A DNA stretch of 64,000 nt from Candidatus Cloacimonadales bacterium (GCA_963678315.1 OY782781.1:2624001-2688000), one strand, 5' to 3'; positions 52,801 through 62,311 are shown, numbered from the stretch's first letter. A program made the numbers and translations. The notes: a model not told the origin generated them from the letters alone.

Positions 52801-55477
52801 TCCATCTTCAAAGGGAAGTAAAATACTTATAAATATTATTAAGAAAGATAATATCATATATTCTGAAGAGATTTTAGCTAAGAAGAATGGAAAATTTGTA
52901 TACAAGTTTGAAACAACAAAGGAAATGATTCCAAATGTCTATTGTGAAGTTAAATTAATTCAAGCAAAGAATGCTGAGAATGACCTTCCACAAAGACTGT
53001 ATGGAATAGTTCCAGTAACTGTTTATTCTCCTGATACTTACTTGGATATAAAATTAGATCATCCTGAAACGGTTAAGAGTAAATCTTCTTTTAAATGTAC
53101 AATTGATGTTGGAAAAGCAGGCAAGAGCCAATATATAGTATCAGTTGTCGATGAAGGCTTATTGAATTCTACAAACTACTCAATTCCTAATATTTGGAAG
53201 CATTTCTATAAGCAAGAAGGCTACATGGCACTCGATTATGACAACATGATGCATTTCATTGATGCTAAAGAAGTGGAGATATTCAGAAATATTTTAATTG
53301 GTGGAGACTATGATTTGGAAGTGGGTTCCGTTAGAACAGCTGCTAATGTAATGGCTTTATCAGCAGACGGAGGACACTTAAGAGCTCGTGGCGGTTCTAT
53401 GGCTAAAATGATAGCTCTACAATCTACAGGAGTAAATAGATTTAAACCTGTATCATATTTCTATGGTGTTCTTGAAACTAACGAAGATGGAATTGGAGAA
53501 ATTGAAGTTGATGTTCCTGATTATTTAGGCTCACTAAGAATAGATGTTGTAGCTTGCCAAGATAAAGCTTTTGGCAAGAAAAGCAGTCGTGTAATTGTAA
53601 GCGAAGAACTTACAGTAATCCCATCTCTACCAAGAGTATTATTCCCAGGTGACCAGTTCATAATCCCTGTTTCGGTTATAACAAGTGATCAAGTTAAAGA
53701 AGATATTACAGTTGAAATTATCTGCAATGATTTATCAAGTATCAAAGGTAAATCTTCAAAGACCATTGCCTTATCAGATGCTAAGAAACAAACTAACTTC
53801 TCAGTCAAAGTAGGTGATAATTTTGGTAAAGCTACTTATGAGATAGTGACTAAATCAGGTAAATATGAGAACAGAAGATTCTTTGAAGTAGGTGTTAGAC
53901 AGCCAAGTCCATACTTATTTGAATCAGATCCTATTGAATTAACAGACAACAAAACTTCTGTAAAAATCACAGAGAAAGGACTAGCAGGAAACAGTCTTCA
54001 ATTCTTGACATTCGAAAAGCCAACTATCTTGGATGCTAACAAACTAATTAGATATTCTGTTAGATATCCTTATGGTTGTGCAGAGCAAAGAACATCAAAT
54101 ATTCTTACTCAAATCCTTCTTAAAAACTATATTTCAGATGTAAATCAAATGAGTGCTATTGATGCTAATGTTCAAAGATATTTTGATAATATCGTTAACT
54201 ATAATGATAATGGTCTATGGTATTGGAAGAATAAGTCTTCTCATAGAGAAATCAGACCTGCACTCAATGCTTATGCGCTTCATACATTTATACTAGCTAG
54301 AGAGAATGGTTATTCTATTAACGAATTTATATATGATGAAGTTCTTAAGTATTTAAAGACTTTAGATTTCTCTGGTACAAGAATAGATTTTGATGAAGCT
54401 TATGTTCTTTATGTTTTAGCATTGGCTGATAATGCTGATATTTCTAGACTTAATTATCTGAATGAATCAGAAGAGATTTTTGTTGATAGCAATGCTACTT
54501 CAATGCTTATGCTGGCTTATAACCAAAGTAACATACGATTAAAGAGTGTCAGTGATTTGGATTGCAAAGTAACAGTTAGCGTGAGAGATAAAGCAAAGAA
54601 TATTCTAAACCCAAATCTTGAAATTGTAAGAGCAATCAATTTACTTAACAACATTATCAATAGTTCAAATAAAAACGAAGCTAACTCTATTGCTAAAAAC
54701 ATTGTAGCTAACCTGAGAAATCCTAGTTGGGGAAATACTTATAGCAAGGCTTGGAGTCTTTTAGCTTATGATACTTACAAAGAAAAGTACTTATCTAGAA
54801 ATAGTTCTCAAGATGCCAAATACCTTGTTAAAGTTGGAGATGAATCTCTAGAGATTGACCTTAAAGATGAGGCTGTTAATATTATTGTTTCAAACTATCT
54901 TGGACAAGACATAGAGATTGAACAACTATCAGGTGTTGATGATAATTTAATCTCACTTAACAAATACTTCATTGAAAAGAATGAAGATATTGAAGATTAC
55001 TCTAAAACATTGAGTTTAGTTGTTAATTATAAAGATGATGAAAACAATATTGTTAATGTAAAGAACTTGGAGCAAGGCGAGACTTTCTTTGTCGAACTTG
55101 AAGTTAGTTCTCAAGTTAGTAATTTGGAAACAGCCTTGATATATTCTTTACCTAGTGGTTGGGAATTTGTTGAAGAAGCTACTAATAGTAATAATGAATC
55201 ATACCAAAGTATTCCACAAACAAGGATACGAGATCCTTGGGACTTCGACTTAAACACCAAAAGCAATAAAGGAACTACTGATTACATAGATGTTAGAGAT
55301 GATAGACTAATTGCCTATGCTACTACAAAGAAGAATAGTAAAATCACAGTAAAAAAAGAAATTAGAGCTATATCAGTAGGAAAGTATCAGATGCCTGCAA
55401 CTACTGTAGAGGATATGTATAATTCTCGAAACAGAGCTTTAATAACTAACCCTGTTGTTTCAGTGAGAAAGAAATAG
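49820..55477 (+). CDS. Bacterial alpha-2-macroglobulin lipoprotein (ORF track starts at TTG 49808; ATG 49820 follows GGGGA)
   Basis: Lipobox 'LISC'; thioester motif 'YPYGCAEQ'; 'DVRDDR'; adjacent to pbpC. Confidence 0.92.
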   Translation: MTKFQRNYLALLLVILLILISCSKASYKGEDESGEIIKVKTGYEYVQEQNENNEIDSDNSVSYDATVVQTINNDQKVISTRLNSWNNNQDYYEIVFSDKLKIASASPEFKEALTIKPSIKGKFVYKNDQTIRFEPSENFSANTNYRVTLKQNLLFDEELPKIELSFYNSTPSLNLGTVSLIPTNNNKLKVKINIDTYNGTLSDQEFMQAVKLELDRTKVDLDKIERQKNNNIVIYSKDLSATSNTRVTVSLNNKYSKIRNRSFTNRVSEMRKLRLYSLRTETSTSGKVIVYAEFSKELKKNQVMDGLVKVYKDDKLINCKISKYNSKLNIIGNFERNQKYKVVFTTGIKADDGSTLPQEESRELQTYNIDRSVAFNDKGIFLSSDNDNAININVTNYSKIRYNLYEIPLQNFAEMIHNIDIDNMAATQSNNRYALRNIDWFGALIKSETIELDKQVDKKLNYKLELADKIEKDKNKVLILSVDGIADNKDNIMTSNNYWYYNGSSSKMMILSDYSVSAKTFDNSINIKVSDILTLDNISNAEVVVKTNNNIIYGKGRTNSQGFVKISNKDLDLVNNGFFITVSKKDKFGFLESSSMYIDDTAFDIQRDFSDNSTKFKVFLDRVKIRPGEDVNITCVIRDENNELVNSDIPTTITIYDNQGNEFLKDKLTNGKSGMLSYRFSTEVTSETGTWAVEVSNGPKKERLSFNIEEFVPDKIDVEISTDKDYYMAGDRQSTVTVDNKYLFGSPLVGNDCNISFQTSINNRFAYKKFSDYDFISSTNFDFNSTSPQIRTIKTDDQGIVSTTFDLINASEVSSPYFITVEAKTSDDGGRVVSRKKTRQVFPNEYFIGLYKDQYLKKKDGKFKVPLVVLDYNEKKVSKALELEYRVYAKERNWWLSSWEADQIGFKSSESTKKIAEGVLTNSKNNVIEFELIDENLSEFLVEVNIKGDTSSVMSKKYYDWYWNDNNDITEDTSLEIKTDKPKYEVGQEVKISIPSSKGSKILINIIKKDNIIYSEEILAKKNGKFVYKFETTKEMIPNVYCEVKLIQAKNAENDLPQRLYGIVPVTVYSPDTYLDIKLDHPETVKSKSSFKCTIDVGKAGKSQYIVSVVDEGLLNSTNYSIPNIWKHFYKQEGYMALDYDNMMHFIDAKEVEIFRNILIGGDYDLEVGSVRTAANVMALSADGGHLRARGGSMAKMIALQSTGVNRFKPVSYFYGVLETNEDGIGEIEVDVPDYLGSLRIDVVACQDKAFGKKSSRVIVSEELTVIPSLPRVLFPGDQFIIPVSVITSDQVKEDITVEIICNDLSSIKGKSSKTIALSDAKKQTNFSVKVGDNFGKATYEIVTKSGKYENRRFFEVGVRQPSPYLFESDPIELTDNKTSVKITEKGLAGNSLQFLTFEKPTILDANKLIRYSVRYPYGCAEQRTSNILTQILLKNYISDVNQMSAIDANVQRYFDNIVNYNDNGLWYWKNKSSHREIRPALNAYALHTFILARENGYSINEFIYDEVLKYLKTLDFSGTRIDFDEAYVLYVLALADNADISRLNYLNESEEIFVDSNATSMLMLAYNQSNIRLKSVSDLDCKVTVSVRDKAKNILNPNLEIVRAINLLNNIINSSNKNEANSIAKNIVANLRNPSWGNTYSKAWSLLAYDTYKEKYLSRNSSQDAKYLVKVGDESLEIDLKDEAVNIIVSNYLGQDIEIEQLSGVDDNLISLNKYFIEKNEDIEDYSKTLSLVVNYKDDENNIVNVKNLEQGETFFVELEVSSQVSNLETALIYSLPSGWEFVEEATNSNNESYQSIPQTRIRDPWDFDLNTKSNKGTTDYIDVRDDRLIAYATTKKNSKITVKKEIRAISVGKYQMPATTVEDMYNSRNRALITNPVVSVRKK

Positions 55478-57784
55478 TTGAATAAAAAGCTTAGAATATC
55501 ACTAATAATAATATCTGCAATAGGCTTGCTTATTGCAGGTATTCTTTTTTTTCTGCCTATCCCTTCACCTAATTCATGGACTTATTCTCGAGTTATTAGG
55601 GATGAGAATAATAAGTTGCTACGAGTATATCTGGACGATAATGAACAATGGCATTTAGAATATAAAGACCAGATTCCTGATAAGCTTAAAAAAGCTATTC
55701 TAACTTATGAGGATAAGGACTTTTATAATCATTTTGGGATTAGCTTTACTGGTATATTAAGAGCTCTAAAACAGAATATTTCTGAACAAAAGGTAGTAAG
55801 TGGTGGTTCTACCATAACTATGCAAGTTGCTAGAATTTATGGACAAAGAGATAGAACTGTCTTCAATAAAAGCATAGAAATGTTACAGGCTGTTAAAATG
55901 GAGATGCTTTATTCTAAAGAAGATATACTCAGAATGTACTTAAATAATGCACCTTATGGTTCTAACATAGTTGGAATATCTTCAGCTTCTTATAAATACT
56001 ATCAGAAAGACCTGACTGAGTTAACCTGGGCTGAAGCTTGTCTTTTTGCAGTTTTACCAAATAATCCTGGTTACCTCTACCCTGGTTCTAATACCGATAA
56101 ATTAAAGAACAAAAGAGATAAACTTCTCTTAAAGTTATATAATGAAGGAATAATTACAGAGCTTCAATACAAAACTTCTTTTAAGGAAAGTATTTCTAGC
56201 AGAATTTATAGATTCCCATTACATGCTCCCCACTTCTGCGATTATGTTAATAGAAACAACAAGAACGTTGAACAAACAAGCCTTTCTTTGGATATACAAA
56301 AGACATTAGAAAACAATCTAAATACTTATAAATACTTCCTGCATAGCCAAGGAATTAAGAATCTAGCTATTTTAGTTACAGATACACAAACTCAAGAAGT
56401 CAAAGCTTATGTTGGTTCACATGATTATTTAGATGACCACCTTAATGGGCCTATTGATGGTGTTCAAGCACAAAGGTCAACAGGTTCTGTATTAAAACCA
56501 TTCATTTATGGATATTGCTTTGAGAAAGGGATTATAACTCCCGAATCTTTAATAGAAGATGTGGAGATGGGTTATTCTATAAACTTACCTAAGAACTACA
56601 ATGATACATATATGGGGGTTGTTAAAGCCAAAAGGGCTCTTCAGAAATCATTAAATATCCCTGCATATTTCGTAACGCAAGAGCTAGGATTACAGAATAC
56701 TCTAAATGTCTTAACTAGTGTGGGGATGAAATCACTAGACAAAAAGGCTGATCACTACGGACTCTCAATCTGTATTGGTGGAGCTGAAGTGAGCCTCTGG
56801 AACCTTTCAGAGATGTATCTTACATTGGCAAACCAAGGAATACACCGAAGTTTAAAATACTATCCTAAGCAAGAACAATCTCAAAGTAAGAGTTTATTGA
56901 GTCCAGCTTCCTGCTGGCAAGTCTTAGATATTCTTGAAGGTATCAAGCGACCAAGATTAATTACATCAAAGAAAGTTAGTAATATTAGATTTTCATGGAA
57001 AACAGGTACCAGTAATGGCTTTAGAGATGCTTGGGCTGTGGGAAGTAACAAGAAATGGACTATTGCTGTTTGGTGTGGTAACTTTACTGGTGAAGGTAAC
57101 CCTAACTTGATTGGTTCTACTATAGCAGGAAGAATTCTCTTTGAAACACTTGAGAATCTTGATAACAACGGACAATTAGTATTCCCTTATCCTAATGCTT
57201 CGTTTAAGACAATACCTATCTGTGCTGAAACTGGATATTCTATAACTAAAAGCTGTGAAGATACATTATGGTACAATGTTCCAAAAAGTTCTTTTATTCT
57301 GCCTAAATGTCCTTATCATAAGACTATTATTGTTAATGAAGATAGCACCATGCAGGTGTGTTCAAAATGTTGGCAAGGAATTAAAACTAACAAGATGAAT
57401 GTTCTTGATTATCCAGCTAATATAGATTACACACTAGTAAGCAATGGTGACCAAGTTCCCTTTATTCCTCCCCATAAGAAAGATTGCCCTTCTATACTTG
57501 GGGAAGAAAACTCTTTTACTATTCTATATCCTAAACATGGACACAAAATCTATCTACCTATAGATTCTTCTGGTCGAGTTAATTCATTTAGAGCAATTGC
57601 TCATTGTAACGATATGAACGAGAGTCTGTATTGGTATCTAGATAAGAAGTATCTAGGTAAGACTGATAATAGCCATGAACTAGATATAGTAACTAGGCAA
57701 GGTCAACATGATTTGCTTTTAATTAATCAGGATGGAGTTGAAAAAAGAGTTTCTTTCAACGTCATCAGAAAAAAACTTAATTGA
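55478..57784 (+). CDS. pbpC: Penicillin-binding protein 1C
   Basis: Transglycosylase 'ED..F..H.G', 'GGSTITMQ'; transpeptidase 'SVLK', 'SLN', 'KTGT'; canonical A2M neighbour. Confidence 0.92.
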   Translation: MNKKLRISLIIISAIGLLIAGILFFLPIPSPNSWTYSRVIRDENNKLLRVYLDDNEQWHLEYKDQIPDKLKKAILTYEDKDFYNHFGISFTGILRALKQNISEQKVVSGGSTITMQVARIYGQRDRTVFNKSIEMLQAVKMEMLYSKEDILRMYLNNAPYGSNIVGISSASYKYYQKDLTELTWAEACLFAVLPNNPGYLYPGSNTDKLKNKRDKLLLKLYNEGIITELQYKTSFKESISSRIYRFPLHAPHFCDYVNRNNKNVEQTSLSLDIQKTLENNLNTYKYFLHSQGIKNLAILVTDTQTQEVKAYVGSHDYLDDHLNGPIDGVQAQRSTGSVLKPFIYGYCFEKGIITPESLIEDVEMGYSINLPKNYNDTYMGVVKAKRALQKSLNIPAYFVTQELGLQNTLNVLTSVGMKSLDKKADHYGLSICIGGAEVSLWNLSEMYLTLANQGIHRSLKYYPKQEQSQSKSLLSPASCWQVLDILEGIKRPRLITSKKVSNIRFSWKTGTSNGFRDAWAVGSNKKWTIAVWCGNFTGEGNPNLIGSTIAGRILFETLENLDNNGQLVFPYPNASFKTIPICAETGYSITKSCEDTLWYNVPKSSFILPKCPYHKTIIVNEDSTMQVCSKCWQGIKTNKMNVLDYPANIDYTLVSNGDQVPFIPPHKKDCPSILGEENSFTILYPKHGHKIYLPIDSSGRVNSFRAIAHCNDMNESLYWYLDKKYLGKTDNSHELDIVTRQGQHDLLLINQDGVEKRVSFNVIRKKLN

Positions 57785-57808
57785 CACTATTGTTAAAGAT
57801 TATATAAT
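57781..57808 (+). promoter_or_regulatory. Consensus sigma70 promoter
   Basis: TTGACA-16 nt-TATAAT then GAGAGG SD before 57825. Confidence 0.7.
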
Positions 57809-57824
57809 ATGAAGAGAGGTTTAT

Positions 57825-58604
57825 ATGAAAAGTAAAATAATGATATCATTGCTATTTGTAATGTGTGTTTTTTCTGTGTGGTCTAGTAATATTCAAGATT
57901 TAGAAACTCTTACATTTGATATTAGATATGGTGTAATTTCAGCTGCTGAAGCTGAATTAAAAGCAGAATATATAGAATATACAGATATTTTTAATACTGA
58001 ACCTGTCAGTGCTTTAAAAGTTACATCTACAGCTAAAACTTATTCATTCTTTGATGTTTTCTTTGAAGTTAGAGACGAGATAACATCTATTTCTGAGAAA
58101 GAAAGTGGATTAGCACTGTTTTACAGAAAGAAGCTTAGAGAAGGCGGTTATAAGCAAAGACGCCTACACTATTATTTGAGAGATTCTGGTCTGTGTATTT
58201 ATAAGAAATGGCGTTATAAACAAGAGAATTTCAAAACTAAGTATATAGATATTCCGGAAGACACTTATGACTTTCTTGGTGCATTCTACAAGATAAGACA
58301 GATGGATTTACAGGTTGGAGATGAACATTTAATGAACATGTCAGGAGATGGAACTACCTTTACTGCAAAGATAATAGTGCATAAGAAAGAAACATTAGAC
58401 ACTATCTTTGGTAAGAAAGAGTGCTTGTTGATTGAACCTCAATTAGCTGGTGAAACCATTTTCAAGAACACAGGTAAAATCATGATATGGTTAACTAATG
58501 ATGAGTACAAGATTCCAGTAAAAATGGAATCTGAAGTTAAATTTGGTTCTTTTGTAGCAGATTTGAAAGATGCTAAGAATGTTGGATTAAGTAAGAAAGA
58601 CTAG
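57825..58604 (+). CDS. DUF3108-like exported protein
   Basis: Signal peptide; 'E.L.F.IRYG.I.A', 'F.VRD', 'IWLTNDEYKIPVKM...VKFGS'. Confidence 0.75.
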   Translation: MKSKIMISLLFVMCVFSVWSSNIQDLETLTFDIRYGVISAAEAELKAEYIEYTDIFNTEPVSALKVTSTAKTYSFFDVFFEVRDEITSISEKESGLALFYRKKLREGGYKQRRLHYYLRDSGLCIYKKWRYKQENFKTKYIDIPEDTYDFLGAFYKIRQMDLQVGDEHLMNMSGDGTTFTAKIIVHKKETLDTIFGKKECLLIEPQLAGETIFKNTGKIMIWLTNDEYKIPVKMESEVKFGSFVADLKDAKNVGLSKKD

Positions 58605-58628
58605 ACTTTTCTTTTAATAATAAAGATA

Positions 58629-58652
58629 AAGGGAAGGGTTTACCCCTTCCTT
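58629..58652. terminator. Probable bidirectional terminator
   Basis: aagggaagggtttaccccttcctt hairpin between convergent genes. Confidence 0.6.
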
Positions 58653-58965
58653 ATTTTACATAATTATTTATCTTTGATTTAAGAACGTTCTTTGAAACAA
58701 CTCCAATTGTCTTATCTACAAGTTCTCCATCCTTAAAAATCAGTATTGTAGGTATGCTTAATATGTTAAATTTAGCAGTCAATTCAGGTTCATCATCAAC
58801 ATTAACTTTAAACACATTAACGAAATCCATTTCGTCTTGAACTTCTTCAACTGTAGGCGTCATCATTCTACATGGACCACACCAGATTGCCCAAAAATCT
58901 ACGATACTAATTCCAGTTTTAACAGATTCTTCAAAGTTTTTGTTGGTAAGAGACTTAAGCAACAT
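58651..58965 (-). CDS. trxA: Thioredoxin
   Basis: 'DFWAIWCGPC', 'SIPT'. Confidence 0.93.
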   Translation of the reverse strand: MLLKSLTNKNFEESVKTGISIVDFWAIWCGPCRMMTPTVEEVQDEMDFVNVFKVNVDDEPELTAKFNILSIPTILIFKDGELVDKTIGVVSKNVLKSKINNYVK

Positions 58966-59077
58966 ACTATCTTCTCCTTTGACACATTTCTTAGTTATAC
59001 ATACAAGATTAATGCGTTTTATTTCATAAACATATTATAACTTGTTTTCTATAGATTACAAACTTAAATAATAAAAA

Positions 59078-59098
59078 AAGGCTGATTTAATCAGCCTT
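59078..59098 (-). terminator. Rho-independent terminator
   Basis: aaggctgatt/aatcagcctt stem followed by T-run on minus strand. Confidence 0.75.
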
Positions 59099-59124
59099 AT
59101 GTCATATCAGATGTGAAATATAAC

Positions 59125-60801
59125 TTACTTGAGGAGTGTCATTTTACTGACAGTGCTATTATCTCCAGCAGTTAGTTTATATAAATATATTCCTGAGGGA
59201 ATTTGCTTATCATCATTGTTTCTTCCATTCCATACAACTTTATTGCTATTTGAATCTAGGTTATTGAATGTCTTAACTAATTGGCCTTTTACATTATAAA
59301 TTGAGATAGATCCTTTTATTCCTTGAGGGATGTTATAGCTAATAGTAGTTTGTGGGTTAAATGGGTTTGGATAGTTTGAAAGAGAAACTTGAGGAGCTTC
59401 TATATCAGCATCAGCATTTGCTACTGAAGTTTGAACAATTGAGAGATCATCCATCAATAAAACAAATTGAGCAAAGTTATCTTGTGTATATGCATGGAAT
59501 CCTAAGAACTTAACCCCATTTTCTTGAGGAGTATATTCGAATGTTGCTAATTGATAGCTTGAATTTGTGATTGCAGAATTATCATATAATTGAACAGTCA
59601 TTGCATCAGCATTTGCATCATCACCAATACACACTTCCATTTGTTCTGAAACTCCGCCATAAGCAGCAGCTTTATACCAGAAAGATATTTCATAAGTATT
59701 ACCTGCAATCATATTCAGAGCTGGAGTCCATAACCAGTCATCGTGTGGACCTGAGAATGAGAACATCATATGAACAGCATTGTCACCAGTATGGGCATTT
59801 TGGCTATTCTCACTATTAGCCAAGATAGACCAGAATGAACCATCACTATTAGTATCATCATAAGTCATTCCAAGAGGTAAGTAGCCAACTTCACCTGATT
59901 CGAAACCTTCTGTATACATGTCAACAGTATTAAAATCAACAACTATTTCATTTTGAGTAATGAATGACCAAACAGGACAGTCACTTGCATCGCCATTTTC
60001 ATTACTTGGAACAATTTGCCAGTTATATGCTTCAGAATATGCTAAAGCTTGCTCTAAATGATATTCGAATACATCACTTACATCAATACCGTTAGCAACA
60101 TTTGTTGGGGGATAGTCTGTTCCTACATACAATTTATAAGTTGTTGGTCTTCCACCATTAGAAGTCCATTTAAAATTAGACTGCATAGTTTGATCATCTA
60201 AGCTTAACAAAACACTAGATTCATTTTCTGCAGGGAAAACAACAGATGCTGGGTTAGGAGTAACTTGGCTTGATTCCCATGATACATCATCAATATAAAT
60301 TGAATATGCATAATCACCAATAGGGTGATGGTAGAATGCAATATAGCTATCAGTTGTTGCTTCAAAATTAACTTCATAAGTTCCATAATCCATTGTAAGA
60401 GGAACTAAAGAAGTTTCAGTATAAGTAGAAGCATCATTAGGGTCAGTCATAGTTCCAACTGAGATATATAAGTCACCAGAAGCTAAGCCACCAAAAGCTT
60501 TAAATTGTAAGCTGTTTGCAGAGATATCTGTAAGCTCAGGTGTTACAAGATATAAATTATCTTCATTATTTTCAGTATCACCATTCAATTTTACAAAGTT
60601 ACTACCTGAATAAGCATCGTAGCTAAAATCTTGTACCCATACCCCACCTTGGTCATAATCTGTTTCGATGTTTGATGTCCAGCCAGTTGGTAAAGTAAAT
60701 TCTGATGTTGTTTCGAATGATTCAAACAATGTACTAACAGGGTCAGCAACCAATGACAACATAGAAATTAAACAAAAAACTAATGTTAGAATCTTTTTCA
60801 T
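59125..60801 (-). CDS. Secreted protein with cleaved-adhesin-like (choice-of-anchor J) domains and FlgD-Ig/T9SS-like C-terminal domain
   Basis: Signal peptide; 'DDWLWTP', 'YIDDV'; 'NYPNPFNPQTTISY...SGIYLYKL...KMTLLK'. Confidence 0.82.
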   Translation of the reverse strand: MKKILTLVFCLISMLSLVADPVSTLFESFETTSEFTLPTGWTSNIETDYDQGGVWVQDFSYDAYSGSNFVKLNGDTENNEDNLYLVTPELTDISANSLQFKAFGGLASGDLYISVGTMTDPNDASTYTETSLVPLTMDYGTYEVNFEATTDSYIAFYHHPIGDYAYSIYIDDVSWESSQVTPNPASVVFPAENESSVLLSLDDQTMQSNFKWTSNGGRPTTYKLYVGTDYPPTNVANGIDVSDVFEYHLEQALAYSEAYNWQIVPSNENGDASDCPVWSFITQNEIVVDFNTVDMYTEGFESGEVGYLPLGMTYDDTNSDGSFWSILANSENSQNAHTGDNAVHMMFSFSGPHDDWLWTPALNMIAGNTYEISFWYKAAAYGGVSEQMEVCIGDDANADAMTVQLYDNSAITNSSYQLATFEYTPQENGVKFLGFHAYTQDNFAQFVLLMDDLSIVQTSVANADADIEAPQVSLSNYPNPFNPQTTISYNIPQGIKGSISIYNVKGQLVKTFNNLDSNSNKVVWNGRNNDDKQIPSGIYLYKLTAGDNSTVSKMTLLK

Positions 60802-60837
60802 TTTTTTCTCCTAATTATATATAATAAATCATAAACA

Positions 60838-60864
60838 TTAACACTGTTTCCTTAACAGCGTTAA
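60838..60864. promoter_or_regulatory. Two putative TetR operators
   Basis: TTAACACTGTTT and TTAACAGCGTTAA; same motif at 61493-61504. Confidence 0.6.
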
Positions 60865-60900
60865 CTTTCATCCTAAAAAAAATTTATCCTTATAAATCTA

Positions 60901-61488
60901 TTAACATACACCTTTCACTACAGTGTTGATGCTTTCATTAATAAGTTCTTCAACATTTTCCCAATGAAAACTAGGTCTACTTGTTAGCAAGGAACATAAG
61001 CCGTGTGTATTAATCCAAAGTATTTGAGCAACCAATTGCTTATTGGTCATCTTAATTTTTCCAGTCTTAATACATCTTTCAGTTAATAGAACAAGAATTT
61101 CGTAACCTCTTCCTGCATTACTAATTCCCAGCTTAAATGATTCAGTTTCAGAAAACAACTTTGTCATAAGCTTATACAAACCAGGATTTTCCATTGCTCT
61201 TTCTACATAAACTCTCATATAAAGTTTCAAGTTTTCCAAGCAATCCTTTTCGGTATCATTGAGGATTTTCTCGTACATCTCAGCATACTCGTTAAAGTAG
61301 TCTTGGGTAAGAGTTTTTAAAATATCATTTTTGTTAGAAAAATATATATAAAGAGTTGTAGGAGAATAATGTATTTTCTTTGCTATATTTCGCATAGAAA
61401 CATTATCAATTCCTTTTTCTATAAATAGCTCTCTCGCAGCATTTATAATCAACTCTTTCTTTTTTATTTCATTATTAATATTTTTCAT
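60901..61488 (-). CDS. TetR/AcrR family transcriptional regulator
   Basis: 'AARELF.EKG...VSMRNIA....YSPTTLYIYFSNK'; WHG-like 'W...HG'. Confidence 0.93.
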   Translation of the reverse strand: MKNINNEIKKKELIINAARELFIEKGIDNVSMRNIAKKIHYSPTTLYIYFSNKNDILKTLTQDYFNEYAEMYEKILNDTEKDCLENLKLYMRVYVERAMENPGLYKLMTKLFSETESFKLGISNAGRGYEILVLLTERCIKTGKIKMTNKQLVAQILWINTHGLCSLLTSRPSFHWENVEELINESINTVVKGVC

Positions 61489-61492
61489 AAAA

Positions 61493-61504
61493 TAACGCTG
61501 TTAA
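61493..61504. promoter_or_regulatory. Putative TetR autoregulatory operator
   Basis: TAACGCTGTTAA 4 nt upstream of tetR start. Confidence 0.6.
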
Positions 61505-61532
61505 TTCTTAACAAAAATGTCAAGAACTTTTT

Positions 61533-61922
61533 TTAATTATTTAGCCTAAAGGTATGAGGCAAAATCTCTTTAAGTGTTGTTGCAATAATCTTATCATCAT
61601 TACCATAGATAATGTCAACATCTTCCCCAAATTCAGCGATTACTTGTCTGCAAGCTCCGCAAGGAGGAAATAATTTATCTGTATCAACATAAATGGCAAT
61701 AGCTTTAATATTTTTTTCTCCATTGGCTACCATATTAAATATGGCATTTCGTTCTCCACAGATAGAGAGTCCATAAGAAGCATTCTCGACATTACATCCA
61801 ACGAATATTTTATCTGTATCAGTTAAAACTGCTGCACCTACATGATAATTAGAATATGGAGCATAAGCTTGCTTAGAAACTTCTTTTGCCTTTTCAAACA
61901 ATTCTTTATATATATATTTCAT
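61533..61922 (-). CDS. cdd: Cytidine deaminase (homotetrameric type)
   Basis: 'AYAPYS', 'GCNVENASYGLSICGER', 'PCGACRQ'. Confidence 0.95.
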   Translation of the reverse strand: MKYIYKELFEKAKEVSKQAYAPYSNYHVGAAVLTDTDKIFVGCNVENASYGLSICGERNAIFNMVANGEKNIKAIAIYVDTDKLFPPCGACRQVIAEFGEDVDIIYGNDDKIIATTLKEILPHTFRLNN

Positions 61923-61941
61923 GATCTTCTCCTATAAGCTA

Positions 61942-61969
61942 ATTATAATAATAATTTGTTTTTTGTCAA
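61942..61969 (-). promoter_or_regulatory. Consensus sigma70 promoter of cdd
   Basis: TTGACA-16 nt-TATAAT on minus strand. Confidence 0.65.
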
Positions 61970-62062
61970 CAATAAGGATTATTTTTTTAGTATTACTTAC
62001 GACTAGATGATTTTCAATATAAGTTACAATCATTTCTTAGCGATAAATCATTCTGATTTACC

Positions 62063-62089
62063 TTTAACCCAGATGATGCATTAGGCTTG
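62063..62089 (-). repeat. 27-bp inverted repeat, right copy
   Basis: Reverse complement matches 49734-49760 at 26/27. Confidence 0.85.
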
Positions 62090-62251
62090 ACAAAAATAGT
62101 GCAGATTCTTTCAGCAAAATAGCTTACAGAATCGAAGCTTGAATAATATATATTCTAGTTGAGATTATGGAAGTTATTCTTGCCAAATAATATAGTGCTA
62201 TTTTCAAGTCCTAGTGTATTATTTGGGTATAATATAAGTAGCATTCTATTG

Positions 62252-62287
62252 GCCACCTGCATTAAAACATAATTTAATGCAGGAGGC
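62252..62287. repeat. REP-like hairpin
   Basis: gccacctgcattaaa-acataa-tttaatgcaggaggc. Confidence 0.6.
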
Positions 62288-62311
62288 ACTTGAAGATTAA
62301 GCAAAAAATAA

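Noticed and set aside
1212..60386. Other 60-105 aa ORFs nested in or antisense to long genes
   Set aside because: Fully overlap well-supported CDSs and show no recognisable motifs
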